From Macrostomum lignano (Eukaryota), in assembly GCA_002269645.1 (NCBI GenBank), contig NIVC01003643.1, positions 21,963 through 85,962 of the forward strand: 64,000 nucleotides of DNA, read 5' to 3'. The position numbers and the translations under genes are program-made. The notes below the pieces were generated by a model, which did no database searches, had not been told where the DNA came from, and saw nothing but the letters and a program-made list of their open reading frames with translations. Positions 1 through 12,653 of the stretch are shown here, one piece after another (position 1 is the first letter of the stretch; each line of letters starts with the position of its first letter).

Positions 1-297
1 GACCCAGACGGCTCGCATTGTCAGAACTAAGTTTATGGGACTCTGGTGGCTCATAGCGATTCGAATCACGACTTAGCTTGAGCAGACGAAGGATAAATAG
101 TGAGCAGTCAGCTGAGTGCTCCTCAGCCTACCTCCAAAGATAACAAACAGGATTGGCAACTGTGTCTTTGAATAGGGCTTCAAGTTTATGCACTCCCTGT
201 GAAAACATTAATTTCTACCTAACTTTGTAGCTTCCGATACATGCAGAGATTCAGATTGATTCAGAGCATTGTGATATTTATGGAACTGAAAGCTAAG

Positions 298-3200
298 TTG
301 GATAGAATAGGATAGAATCGACTAAATAGGACAGAATCGATATTATAGGATGGAATAGTATAGAATCGATTAAATAGGATATAATCGATATTATAGGATA
401 GAATAGTATAGAATCGATTAAATAGGATAGAATTAGTATGATATGATAGAGTAGTATAGAATCGATTAAATAGGATGGAATCGATATTATAGGATAGAAT
501 AGTATAGAATCGATTCAATAGGATAGAATTGATATTATATGATGGAATAGTATACAATCGATTAAATAGGATAGAACCGATATTATAGGATAGAATAGTA
601 TAGAATCAATTAAATAGGATGAATCGATATTATAGGATAGAATCGACTAAATAGGATAGAATTGATATGATAGGATAGAATAGTATAGAACCGATTAAAT
701 AGGATAGAATCGATATTATAGGGTAGAATAGTATAGAATCGATTAAATAGGATATAATTGATATTATAGGATGGAATAGTATAGAATCGATTAAATAGGA
801 TAGAATCGATATTATAAGGTAGAATAGTATAGAACCGATTAAATAGGATAGAATCGATATTATATGATGGAATAGTATAGAATCGATTAAATAGGACAGA
901 ATCGATATTATATGATTGAATAGTATAGAACCGATTAAATAGGATAGAATCGATATTATAGGGTAGAATAGTATAGCATCGATTAAATAGGATATAATTG
1001 ATATTATAGGATGGAATAGTATAGAATCGATTAAATAGGATAGAATCGATATTATAGGGTAGAATAGTATAGAACCGATTAAATAGGATAGAATCGATAT
1101 TATATGATGGAATAGTATAGAATCGATTAAATAGGACAGAATCGATATTATAGGATGGAATAGAATAGTATCGATTAAATAGGATAGAATCGATATTATA
1201 GGGTAGAATAGTATAGAACCGATTAAATAGGATAGAATCGATATTATATGATGGAATAGTATAGAATCGATTAAATAGGACAGAATCGATATTATAGGAT
1301 GGAATAGTATAGAATCGATTAAATAGGATAGAATCGATATTATAGGATAGAATAGTATAGAATCGATTAAATAGGATAGAATTGATATTATATGATTGAA
1401 TAGTATAGAACCGATTAAATAGGATAGAATCGATATTATAGGGTAGAATAGTATAGAATCAATTAAATAGGATATAATTGATATTATAGGATAGAATAGT
1501 ATAGAATCGATTAAATAGGACAGAATCGATATTATAGGATGGAATAGTATAGAATCCATTAAATAGGATAGAATCGATACTATAGGATAGAATAGTATAT
1601 AATCGATTAAATAGGATAGAATTGATATTGTAGGATAGAATAGTATAGAATCGATTAAATAGGATGGAATCGATATTATAGGATAGAATAGTATAGAATC
1701 GATTCAATAGGATAGAATTGATATTATATGATTGAATAGTATAGAACCGATTAAATAGGATAGAATCGATATTATATGATGGAATAGTATAGAATCGATT
1801 AAATAGGACAGAATCGATATTATAGGATGGAATAGAATAGAATCGATTAAATAGGATAGAATCGATATTATAGGATAGAATAGTATAGCATCGATTCAAT
1901 AGGATAGAATTGATATTATAGGATGGAATAGTATAGAATCGATTAAATAGGATAGAATCGATATTATAGGGTAGAATAGTATAGAACCGATTAAATAGGA
2001 TAGAATCGATATTATATGATGGAATAGTATAGAATCGATTAAATAGGACAGAATCGATATTATAGGATGGAATAGTATAGAATCGATTAAATAGGATAGA
2101 ATCGATATTATAGGATAGAATAGTATAGAATCGATTCAATAGGATAGAATTGATATTATATGATTGAATAGTATAGAACCGATTAAATAGGATAGAATCG
2201 ATATTATAGGGTAGAATAGTATAGAATCAATTAAATAGGACAGAATCGATATTATAGGATGGAATAGTATAGAATCCATTAAATAGGATAGAATCGATAT
2301 TATAGGATAGAATAGTATAGAATCGATTCAATAGGATAGAATTGATATTATATGATTGAATAGTATAGAACCGATTAAATAGGATAGAATCGATATTATA
2401 GGGTAGAATAGTATAGAATCAATTAAATAGGATATAATTGATATTATAGGATAGAATAGTATAGAATCGATTAAATAGGACAGAATCGATATTATAGGAT
2501 GGAATAGTATAGAATCCATTAAATAGGATAGAATCGATACTATAGGATAGAATAGTATATAATCGATTAAATAGGACAGAATCGATATTATAGGATAGAA
2601 TAGTATAGAATCGATTAAATAGGATAGAATCGATATTATAGGGTAGATTAGTATAGAATCGATTAAATAGGATAGAATCGATATTATAGGATAGAATAGT
2701 ATAGAATCGATTCAATAGGATAGAATTGATATTATATGATTGAATAGTATAGAATCCATTAAATAGGATAGAATCGATACTATAGGATGGAATAGTATAG
2801 AATCGATTAAATAGGATAGAATCGATATTATAGGGTAGAATAGTATAGAATCGATTAAATAGGATATAATTGATATTATAGGATGGAATAGTATAGAATC
2901 TATTAAATAGGATAGAATTGATATTATATGATTGAATAGTATAGAACCGATTAAATAGGATAGAATCGATATTATAGGGTAGAATAGTATAGAACCGATT
3001 AAATAGGATAGAATCGATATTATATGATGGAATAGTATAGAATCGATTAAATAGGACAGAATCGATATTATAGGATGGAATAGTATAGAATCGATTAAAT
3101 AGGATAGAATCGATATTATAGGATAGAATAGTATAGAATCGATTCAATAGGATAGAATTGATATTATATGATTGAATAGTATAGAACCGATTAAATAGGA

Positions 3201-5625
3201 TAGAATCGATATTATAGGGTAGAATAGTATAGAATCAATTAAATAGGATATAATTGATATTATAGGATAGAATAGTATAGAATCAATTAAATAGGACAGA
3301 ATCGATATTATAGGATGGAATAGTATAGAATCCATTAAATAGGATAGAATCGATATTATAGGATAGAATAGTATAGAATCGATTCAATAGGATATAATTG
3401 ATATTATATGATTGAATAGTATAGAACCGATTAAATAGGATAGAATCGATATTATAGGGTAGAATAGTATAGAATCAATTAAATAGGATATAATTGATAT
3501 TATAGGATAGAATAGTATAGAATCGATTAAATAGGACAGAATCGATATTATAGGATGGAATAGTATAGAATCCATTAAATAGGATAGAATCGATACTATA
3601 GGATGGAATAGTATATAATCGATTAAATAGGACAGAATCGATATTATAGGATGGAATAGTATAGAATCGATTAAATAGGATAGAACCGATATTATAAGAT
3701 AGAATAGTACAGCATCGACTCAATAGGATAGAATTGATATTATATGATTGAATAGTATAGAATCGATTAAATAGGACAGAATCGATATTATAGGATGGAA
3801 TAGTATAGAATCCATTAAATAGGATAGAATCGATACTATAGGATGGAATAGTATAGAATCGATTAAATAGGATAGAATCGATATTATAGGGTAGAATAGT
3901 ATAGAATCGATTAAATAGGATATAATTGATATTATAGGATGGAATAGTATAGAATCGATTAAATAGGATGGAATTGATATTATATGATTGAATAGTATAG
4001 AACCGATTAAATAGGATAGAATCGATATTATAGGGTAGAATAGTATAGAACCGATTAAATAGGATAGAATCGATATTATATGATGGAATAGTATAGAATC
4101 GATTAAATAGGACAGAATCGATATTATAGGATGGAATAGTATAGATTCGATTAAATAGGATAGAATCGATATTATAAGATAGAATAGTATAGCATCGATT
4201 CAATAGTATAGAATTGATATTATATGATTGAATAGTATAGAACCGGTTAAATAGGATAGAATCGATATTATAGGGTAGAATAGTATAGAATCGAATAAAT
4301 AGGATATAATTGATATTATAGGATGGAATAGTATAGAATCGATTAAATAGGATAGAATCGATATTATAGGGTAGAATAGTATAGAACCGATTAAATCGGA
4401 TAGAATCGATATTATATGATGGAATAGTATAGAATCGATTAAATAGGACAGAATCGATATTATAGGATGGAATAGTATAGAATCGATTAAATAGGATAGA
4501 ATCGATATTATAGGGTAGAATAGTATAGCATCGATTCAATAGGATATAATTGATATTATAGGATAGAATAGTATAGAATCGATTAAATAGGATAGAATCG
4601 ATATTATAGGGTAGAATAGTATAGAATGGATTAAATAGGATAGAATCGATATTATAGGATAGAATAGTATAGAATCGATTCAATAGGATAGAATTGATAT
4701 TATATGATTGAATAGTATAGAACCGATTAAATAGGATAGAATCGATATTATAGGGTAGAATAGTATAGAATCAATTAAATAGGATATAATTGATATTATA
4801 GGATAGAATAGTATAGAATCGATTAAATAGGACAGAATCGATATTATAGGATGGAATAGTATAGAATCCATTAAATAGGATAGAATCGATATTATAGGAT
4901 AGAATAGTATAGAATCGATTAAATAGGATAGAATTGATATTGTAGGATAGAATAGTATAGAATCGATTAAATAGGATAGAATTAGTTTGATATGATAGAG
5001 TAGTATAGAATCGATTAAATAGGATGGAATCGATATTATAGGATAGAATAGTATAGAATCGATTAAATAGGATAGAATTGATACTATAGGGTAGAATAGT
5101 ATAGAATCGATTAAATAGGATAGAATCGATATTATAGGGTAGAATAGTATAGAATCGATTAAATAGGATATAATTGATATTATAGGATAGAATAGTATAG
5201 AATCGATTAAATAGGATAGAATTGATATTGTAGGATAGAATAGTATAGAATCGATTCAATAGGATAGAATTGATATTATATGATTGAATAGTATAGAACC
5301 GATTAAATAGGATAGAATTGATATTGTAGGATAGAATAGTATAGAATCGATTCAATAGGATAGAATTGATATTATATGATTGAATAGTATAGAACCGATT
5401 AAATAGGATAGAATTGATATTGTAGGATAGAATAGTATAGAATCGATTAAATAGGATATAATTGATATTGTAGGATAGAATAGGATAGAATAGGTTAAAT
5501 AGGATAGAATCGATTAAATAGAATATAATCGATATTATAGGATAGAATAGGATAGAATCGACAGAATAGGATAGAATCGATATTATAGTGTATAATAGGA
5601 TAGAATCGATTAATAGGATGAAGTA
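298..5625. repeat. AT-rich 48-bp satellite array (~110 units)
   Basis: Unit TAGAATCGATTAAATAGGA-TAGAATCGATATTATAGGA-TAGAATAGTA; the 16-aa periodicity of the ORF-track peptides (NRFYTILSYNIDSILF) confirms a 48-bp period. Confidence 0.95.
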
Positions 5626-6361
5626 TAATTGATGGAATAAGAAGGAACAGTTGTAAGATATATTTAAAAAATGAATTGAATAGGATACACGTCAGTCCCC
5701 AGTCAGCGGTTCAGTGATTTTCATATACTATTGCAATGATGGACAGAGAGAAGCCATTATGCATGCATGCAGGGCGGAGTCCTGGAGAGCCGTTAATAAC
5801 GCTACTCTAACTCTACAGAAGTACCGCATTACGCTCGTAATAATTTCCAGACTTGGTTGCGGAAATCCGATCTTCACAGCTACTGCAAAACTAAGAAATG
5901 AGAACACTCAGAGAAAAATCTCTTTAGTTACTTTTCAACAGGCAGGTGGCTCTCGCCAGATTCTTACAGTAACTCAAGATTTTCGAAGGCTCGAGCCATC
6001 TCTCCATGAGCCTTGGAATTGTGTATATATTCCGCTAAAAACGGCCACTATTGTCTTTGTACGCCCGCAGTCTGTTGTTGAAGTCAGGCTGTTTGAAAAA
6101 TTACATCTCTTCTGGCATCTGCCGCCCCTGCACTCCTCATTAGGGCAGGGCGAGGAGGCCTGAGAGATACCGACAGCCAATGACGATGAGAGAAGAAGGG
6201 AAAGAGGGGGCAGAGAGGGTGAAAGACAAGACAAGAGGGTGAAAACTTGCTACATAAGCTGCAGTCGTGATGCTTCAATGCAAGACTATACCCATGTGCA
6301 GCGGTGTTTTATACTGCACAGCTCAATTTGACTGCACTACTCGAACTATTTTGTTCATAAG

Positions 6362-9135
6362 GCCCCGAAGACCATCAAGTTTGTTAGAGGAACCTATGCA
6401 GTTTGGCATGCCGCTCCGGCAACCTGAGTCGGTCGGCATGCCCTCAGTCAGCAGTCGCTCGTCCAATCGACAGGCGCACCAGGGGTCCCGAAACAGATGG
6501 ACTTCGCGGCTCTGCGGCTGCTTCTCCGCCAACTCGGAAGCAACTGTCGATGCGCGGACGAATGGTAAGTACATTTATGTCCCTAAAAGCTCACCTTATC
6601 GCGGTGTTTAGATAACATTTACAAATGTTTTTGATTACATGTAGTACGTAGCGGTAGCTAGATATCAAAGCGTACAAGTGCCGAAGGCCATTATAATCAT
6701 CCCTCAGCGATCCTCCTCAACTGCCGTGCTTGTGTATCAGCACACGTAGGCTGGTTATAGTTCCTCTCCTTTTTATGCCTAACAGCGTGTTTTTAAGCAA
6801 ACTATAGAGTTTCTCTAGTTTCCCCGTAATCCTCCGTCTCGTTGATTTCCGCCATTATTTTGGAGCCCTTCAGATCGTGAAGAGGAATCTATAGCGAGTA
6901 ATAAACATTCGCCAATGCCGTATTTAACCCTTATTATGCTTTCGATGCCCACGCAGCGAAGCGAAGCGGGCATGCCTTAGACTGGCTGCCCCCGCAGTGA
7001 GCTTGATAGTGTTTCTCCCGCGGCCACCCAGCCTGCAGATGCTGCCGTGCTTTTCCAGCTGCGTCGAGACAAAAGTACATATCCCGTATGAGGAGATTTG
7101 GCTAGAAGATCGGCCTAGCTATGTAGGAATTCCTAGGAGACATCAAATGCAATGAAGCCCTCCTCGCCTAGCGCCTAATCAACATTCTACTTTTTGCCAA
7201 TACTTGCTACCAACTGTTCTCTACTTGTCACAGTGTTGCCTCTGACAATGCAAATTTTTAGGCAGGCCCCTGCTGAACAGGCCTGATCGTCCATTGCAAC
7301 AGAATTCCGAGCACTTAGAAGAGAATTCAATGCAGAATTCAGAGAAAAATCGTCCAGAGCAGCGTCCAGACCAGTGCTCGGAGCAGCATCCAGACCTGTG
7401 CTCGGAGCAGCGTCCAGACCAGTGCTCGGAGCAGCATCCAGACCTGTGCTCGGAGCAGCGTCCAGACCAGTGCTCGGAGCAGCATCCAGACCTGTGCTCG
7501 GAGCAGCGTCCAGACCAGTGCTCGGAGCAGCGTCCAGACCAGTGCTTGGAGCAGCGTCCAGAGCAGTGCTCGGAGCAGCGTCCAGAGCAGTGCTCGGAGC
7601 AGCGTCCAGACCAGTGCTCGGAGCAGCGTCCAGACCAGTGCTCGGAGCAGCGTCCAGAGCAGTGCTCGGAGCAGCGTCCAGACCAGTGCTCGGAGCAGCG
7701 TCCAGACCAGTGCTCGGAGCAGCGTCCAGACCAGTGCTCGGAGCAGCGTCCAGACCAGTGCTCGGAGCAGCGTCCAGACCAGTGCTCGGAGCAGCGTCCA
7801 GAGCAGTGCTCGGAGCAGCGTCCAGACCAGTGCTCGGAGCAGCGTCCAGAGCAGTGCTCGGAGCAGCGTCCAGACCAGTGCTCGGAGCAGCGTCCAGACC
7901 AGTGCTCGGAGCAGCGTCCAGACCAGTGCTCGGAGCAGCGTCCAGAGCAGTGCTCGGAGCAGCGTTCAGACCAGTGCTCGGAGCAGCGTCCAGACCAGTG
8001 CTCGGAGCAGCGTCCAGACCAGTGCTCGGAGCAGCGTCCAGAGCAGTGCTCGGAGCAGCGTCCAGAGCAGTGCTCGGAGCAGCGTCCAGAGCAGTGCTCG
8101 GAGCAGCGTCCAGAGCAGTGCTCGGAGCAGCGTCCAGACCAGTGCTCGGAGCAGCGTCCAGAGCAGTGCTCGGAGCAGCGTCCAGACCAGTGCTCGGAGC
8201 AGCGTCCAGAGCAGTGCTCGGAGCAGCGTCCAGAGCAGTGCTCGGAGCAGCGTCCAGAGCAGTGCTCGGAGCAGCGTCCAGAGCAGTGCTCGGAGCAGCG
8301 TCCAGAGCAGTGCTCGGAGCAGCGTCCAGAGCAGTGCTCGGAGCAGCGTCCAGACCAGTGCTCGGAGCAGCGTCCAGAGCAGTGCTCGGAGCAGCGTCCA
8401 GACCAGTGCTCGGAGCAGCGTCCAGAGCAGTGCTCGGAGCAGCGTCTAGAGCGGAATCCAGAAAAGCGTCCAGCTCATTCAATGCAAATTTCGATGCAAC
8501 ATTACCAACCAAAATCACAGCTACATGTTGGCAACTACGCCAACTTGTCAGTCAGTCAGAGGGCAAAAAAACCAGGTCACGAATACGTCAACCTGCCGCA
8601 GATAGGTCAGCGTGCTCAAGTGGCTGGCCACGTGGAACCGTGCTCAGCCTACATGGACATCGATTACTCAACCGGCGTTGGCAGGCCGGCTGCGACCGAC
8701 TGGCAGAAGCAGCACGCAGCCGTTTTGAGGTGATTTTTCATAAAATTTCTCGTAGTTTAAAATCATTAGAAATACTCCGAGCTATATATACACCAGAAGC
8801 TTAAGCTTAAATTTGTAAAGTCAGACCCGATTATCAAATTTAGGTCGATTTCGGCATATCCGTCATGCGATTCGATACCTCATTTGATGGCGGTCTAATC
8901 AAGCCTTTACCGCTAAGCTACTCTGCACCCCAACCCCTAATTAGCAGGTGCTCTGCCAGTTCTTGCCAGCATCAGCAGCAGGGACACCAGCAGCTGGACT
9001 ATGCTCAGCTTGACAACATTCAAGCTGCATCTTCTAATGACACCAAGCCGAAACCAGAAGCCGCGGCAGCAGGGGCTGTTGTCTACTGCGAGATCGACCT
9101 GCGAGCTACCGCCGCCCTTGCGGACACGCTTCGAG

Positions 9136-9186
<51 letters not shown>

Positions 9187-9317
9187 CATCAGACAGTCGA
9201 GACGCTCCTCAGCGGGCCTCCTCATTCACGCGCATCCGGTCCACCGTGAGCCGGTCCCTCAGCCGCCTCTCGGCCCGGCGTCAGCTGAGCTCGCCATCTT
9301 CGGGAGCGGAAAATTGA
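6362..9317 (+). CDS. FRS2/Gab-like tyrosine-motif signalling adaptor, 5'-partial model (exons 6362-6564, 7262-8729, 8948-9317)
   Basis: Junctions are phase-consistent: aatG|gtaagt...tttag|GCagg (phase 1) and ttgAG|gtgatt...tagcag|Gtgc (phase 2). AATAAA at 9323-9328. The C-terminus has YxN Grb2-type motifs (NYANL, EYVNL) and the tandem pair LDYAQLD / VVYCEIDLRATAALA, resembling the FRS2 C-terminal LNYIQVD / LYAVIDIERTAAM SHP2 sites. No PTB or PH exon was found in the window. Confidence 0.55.
7351..8450 (+). repeat. 24-bp tandem repeat (GAGCAGCGTCCAGACCAGTGCTCG, ~45 copies) inside the predicted coding exon
   Basis: Exact 24-bp period translating as EQRP(D/E)QCS, with degenerate copies in both flanks. 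Confidence 0.95.
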
Positions 9318-9616
9318 ATTTTAATAAATTATTTCCAATGCTTTTCTGCTGTTTCTCTTCACCGAACTTAACCTGCCGTCGAGGCGCGTCCTTTCTCTCT
9401 GTATTAACAAAGTCTGTCTGTTGTGTCGCAATGTTTTGCATTCTCACCTTTTCGTCTCGTTGAGTCATCAGGTCGACCTGACTACCAAGTCCTACTGTAC
9501 ATGTAAGTACATGGATAGACTGAATGTTGTCTGCATTCGAATAAGAAAATATAGAATCTGTCTTTTGATTATCGCTCAACTTTTCCTGCTTATACATCAG
9601 TGCATCAGAGCCTCAC

Positions 9617-10820
9617 ATTCATGACAGCACCCCTCACATTCATGACAGCACCCCTCAAATCCATGACAGCACCCCTCAAATCCATGACAGCACCCCTCAC
9701 ATCCATGACAGCACCCCTCAAATCCATGACAGCACCCCTCAAATCCATGACAGCACCCCTCAAATCCATGTTAGCACCCCTCACATCCATGACAGCACCC
9801 CTCAAATCCATGACAGCACCCCTCAAATCCATGACAGCACCCCTCACATCCATGACAGCACCCCTCAAATCCATGACAGCACCCCTCGCATCCATGACAG
9901 CACCCCTCAAATCCATGACAGCACCCCTCGCATCCATGACAGCACCTCAGACATCCATGACAGCACCCCTCGCATCCATGACAGCACCTCAGACATCCAT
10001 GACAGCACCTCAGACATCCATGACAGCACCTCAGACATCCATGACAGCACCTCAGACATCCATGACAGCACCTCAGACATCCATGACAGCACCTCAGACA
10101 TCCATGACAGCACCTCAGACATCCATGACAGCACCTCAGACATCCATGACAGCACCTCAGACATCCATGACAGCACCCCTCGCATCCATGACAGCACCTC
10201 AGACATCCATGACAGCACCCCTCGCATCCATGACAGCACCTCAGACATCCATGACAGCACCCCTCACATCCATGACAGCACCTCAGACATCCATGACAGC
10301 ACCTCAGACATCCATGACAGCACCCCTCACATCCATGACAGCACCTCAGACATCCATGACAGCACCCCTCGCATCCATGACAGCACCTCAGACATCCATG
10401 ACAGCACTCCTCACATCCATGACAGCACCTCAGACATCCATGACAGCACCCCTCACATCCATGACAGCACCCCTCGCATCCATGACAGCACCTCAGACAT
10501 CCATGACAGCACCCCTCGCATCCATGACAGCACCCCTCGCATCCATGACAGCACCTCAGACATCCATGACAGCACCTCAGACATCCATGACAGCACCCCT
10601 CGCATCCATGACAGCACCTCAGACATCCATGACAGCACTCCTCACATCCATGACAGCACCTCAGACATCCATGACAGCACCCCTCACATCCATGACAGCA
10701 CCTCAGACATCCATGACAGCACCCCTCGCATCCATGACAGCACCTCAGACATCCATGACAGCACTCCTCACATCCATGACAGCACCTCAGACATCCATGA
10801 CAGCACCTCTGACATCTTTA
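9617..10820. repeat. 21-bp minisatellite (CATCCATGACAGCACCTCAGA, ~57 copies)
   Basis: Direct inspection; 7-aa periodicity (MTAPQTS) in the ORF track. Confidence 0.95.
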
Positions 10821-11809
10821 ACAGCACTCCCATCGCCCCATATAGTGACCAGCCTGACAAAACCACAATATCTCCATGGCACCCATAAAAACTTACCCTG
10901 ACAACGAATTCTGCCTCATATTTCACTACACCGAGCCAACAACGTCCTGTACAATCGCGCAGGGTTACGTGTACTCATTTATATATCTCAAAGCCGCAGA
11001 GGCACCTGATTGAATTCTGCAGATCGCAATCTGACTAATGCAAAACTTCCTCAGTCACTAAGCAATCAATCACAGCGGTTAGCAACTAAAACTGGAATTT
11101 CTATCTATCAGTCCCCGAGCGGCAAGCCGCATTCTTCAGATAGAATTTCGCCGATCAATTTGAGTACAGAAACAAGTCCCCAGACTCCCCTGTCCCCTGG
11201 CAAAAGTGCAGCGGCTTCCCAGCCAAGAAGTAAACAATAAATGAGTTAACAAAATAGCGGAAAATTAAGAAAACTTTTTTATTAAATGTGAGAAGCATCT
11301 AAAAATCATAAATGTTTGTTCGGTGCGGTGCATTCCAGCTGTTTCCTGCATGAAAACGGGGGGCATTCAATGGTGACGAGGCGCTTTACAAACGATCGCA
11401 TACATAGGAGCAACTAAAGGAAATATTTTTGAAACTCTATGCTCAAAAGTCGCTACTAACGATTCTCTCATGCGAGTAGTGCAATCAGCGTTTAGCTTAA
11501 AATTGAATAACTTGAAAAAAACGATTTTTTGTAAAAAAAACAAGCAGCACCGTACAAATATGTGAACGCATTAATACGGCTACCACCCACCCCCCACGGA
11601 GTTGTTAAAACTTAAATTCATAAAACAAATTCTATAGAAACAAACTAAAATCAACATCTTTTCTTTAAAAAGACAATTTGACGACGACAAAAACTGTAAA
11701 AAACGGTACAAAAATACAGCGACGGCAGCGCACCAACACTCTGATGAATTCTGGAACATCTTGCTCTGCTAGCAGAACTTTAGCCTCTTTTTTTCAGCCA
11801 GGGGTCCGA

Positions 11810-12390
11810 GGTAACTAATTAGGGTATCGATTTTACCCAAAGGTAACTAATTAGGGTATCGGTTTTACCCAAAGGTAACTAATTAGGGTATCGATTTTAC
11901 CCCAAGGTAACTAATTAGACTAATTAGGGTATCGGTTTTACCCAAAGGTAACTAATTAGGGTATCGATTTTACCCAAAGGTAACTAATTAGGGTATCGAT
12001 TTTACCCCAAGGTAACTAATTAGGGTATCGATTTTACCCCAAGGTAACTAATTTGGGTATCGATTTTACCCCAAGGTAACTAATTAGACTAATTAACGTA
12101 GCGATTTTACCCAAAGGTAACTAATTAGGGTATCGGTTTTACCCAAAGGTAACTAATTAGGGTATCGATTTTACCCAAAGGTAACTAATTAGACTAATTA
12201 GGGTATCGGTTTTACCCAAAGGTAACTAATTAGGGTATCGATTTTACCCAAAGGTAACTAATTAGACTAATTAGGGTATCGGTTTTACCCAAAGGTAACT
12301 AATTAGGGTATCGATTTTACCCAAAGGTAACTAATTAGGGTATAGATATTACCCAAAGGTGACTAATTAGGGTATCTATTTTACCCCAAG
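11810..12390. repeat. 32-bp tandem repeat with internal palindromes (GGTAACTAATTAGGGTATCGATTTTACCCAAA)
   Basis: Units start at 11811, 11843 and onward; each contains the palindrome CTAATTAG and the inverted pair GGGTA...TACCC. Confidence 0.9.
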
Positions 12391-12653
12391 TTACGAGTAA
12401 CTATGGTAACCATCTTATCCCAAAGAACCTACGCTTCTACAAGTCAGATCAAAAGTAAATAAAAAACTATGGAACAGTTAATTCCCGCTGACTATATGAA
12501 CTCACTAAAATTCGAAAAGGAAGATGTCACTTTAAACACGGAGCTTTCATTGAAATTCAACAAATTCTGCCTTCTGCGGTGAAGCAAGTTAAAAGTAGAA
12601 GAAAATTATGGGAAAAAATAGAATTTTTGGTGCAATTTTTTTTGTGCTTTTAT

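Noticed and set aside
261-5355. Long minus-strand ORFs across the 48-bp satellite
   Set aside because: They are stop-free read-through of a tandem repeat, with no unique coding flanks or splice context.
5974-6234. Apparent signal peptide plus Cys-rich peptide (MSCLSPSLPPLSLLL...CPNEECRGGRC)
   Set aside because: The hydrophobic part is a CT-rich tract that looks like a polypyrimidine stretch; no coherent multi-exon model or family could be built.
9600-10901. 433-aa MTAPQTS mucin-like ORF
   Set aside because: It lies downstream of the adaptor stop and polyA signal, starts on a non-ATG codon and is almost entirely a 21-bp repeat.
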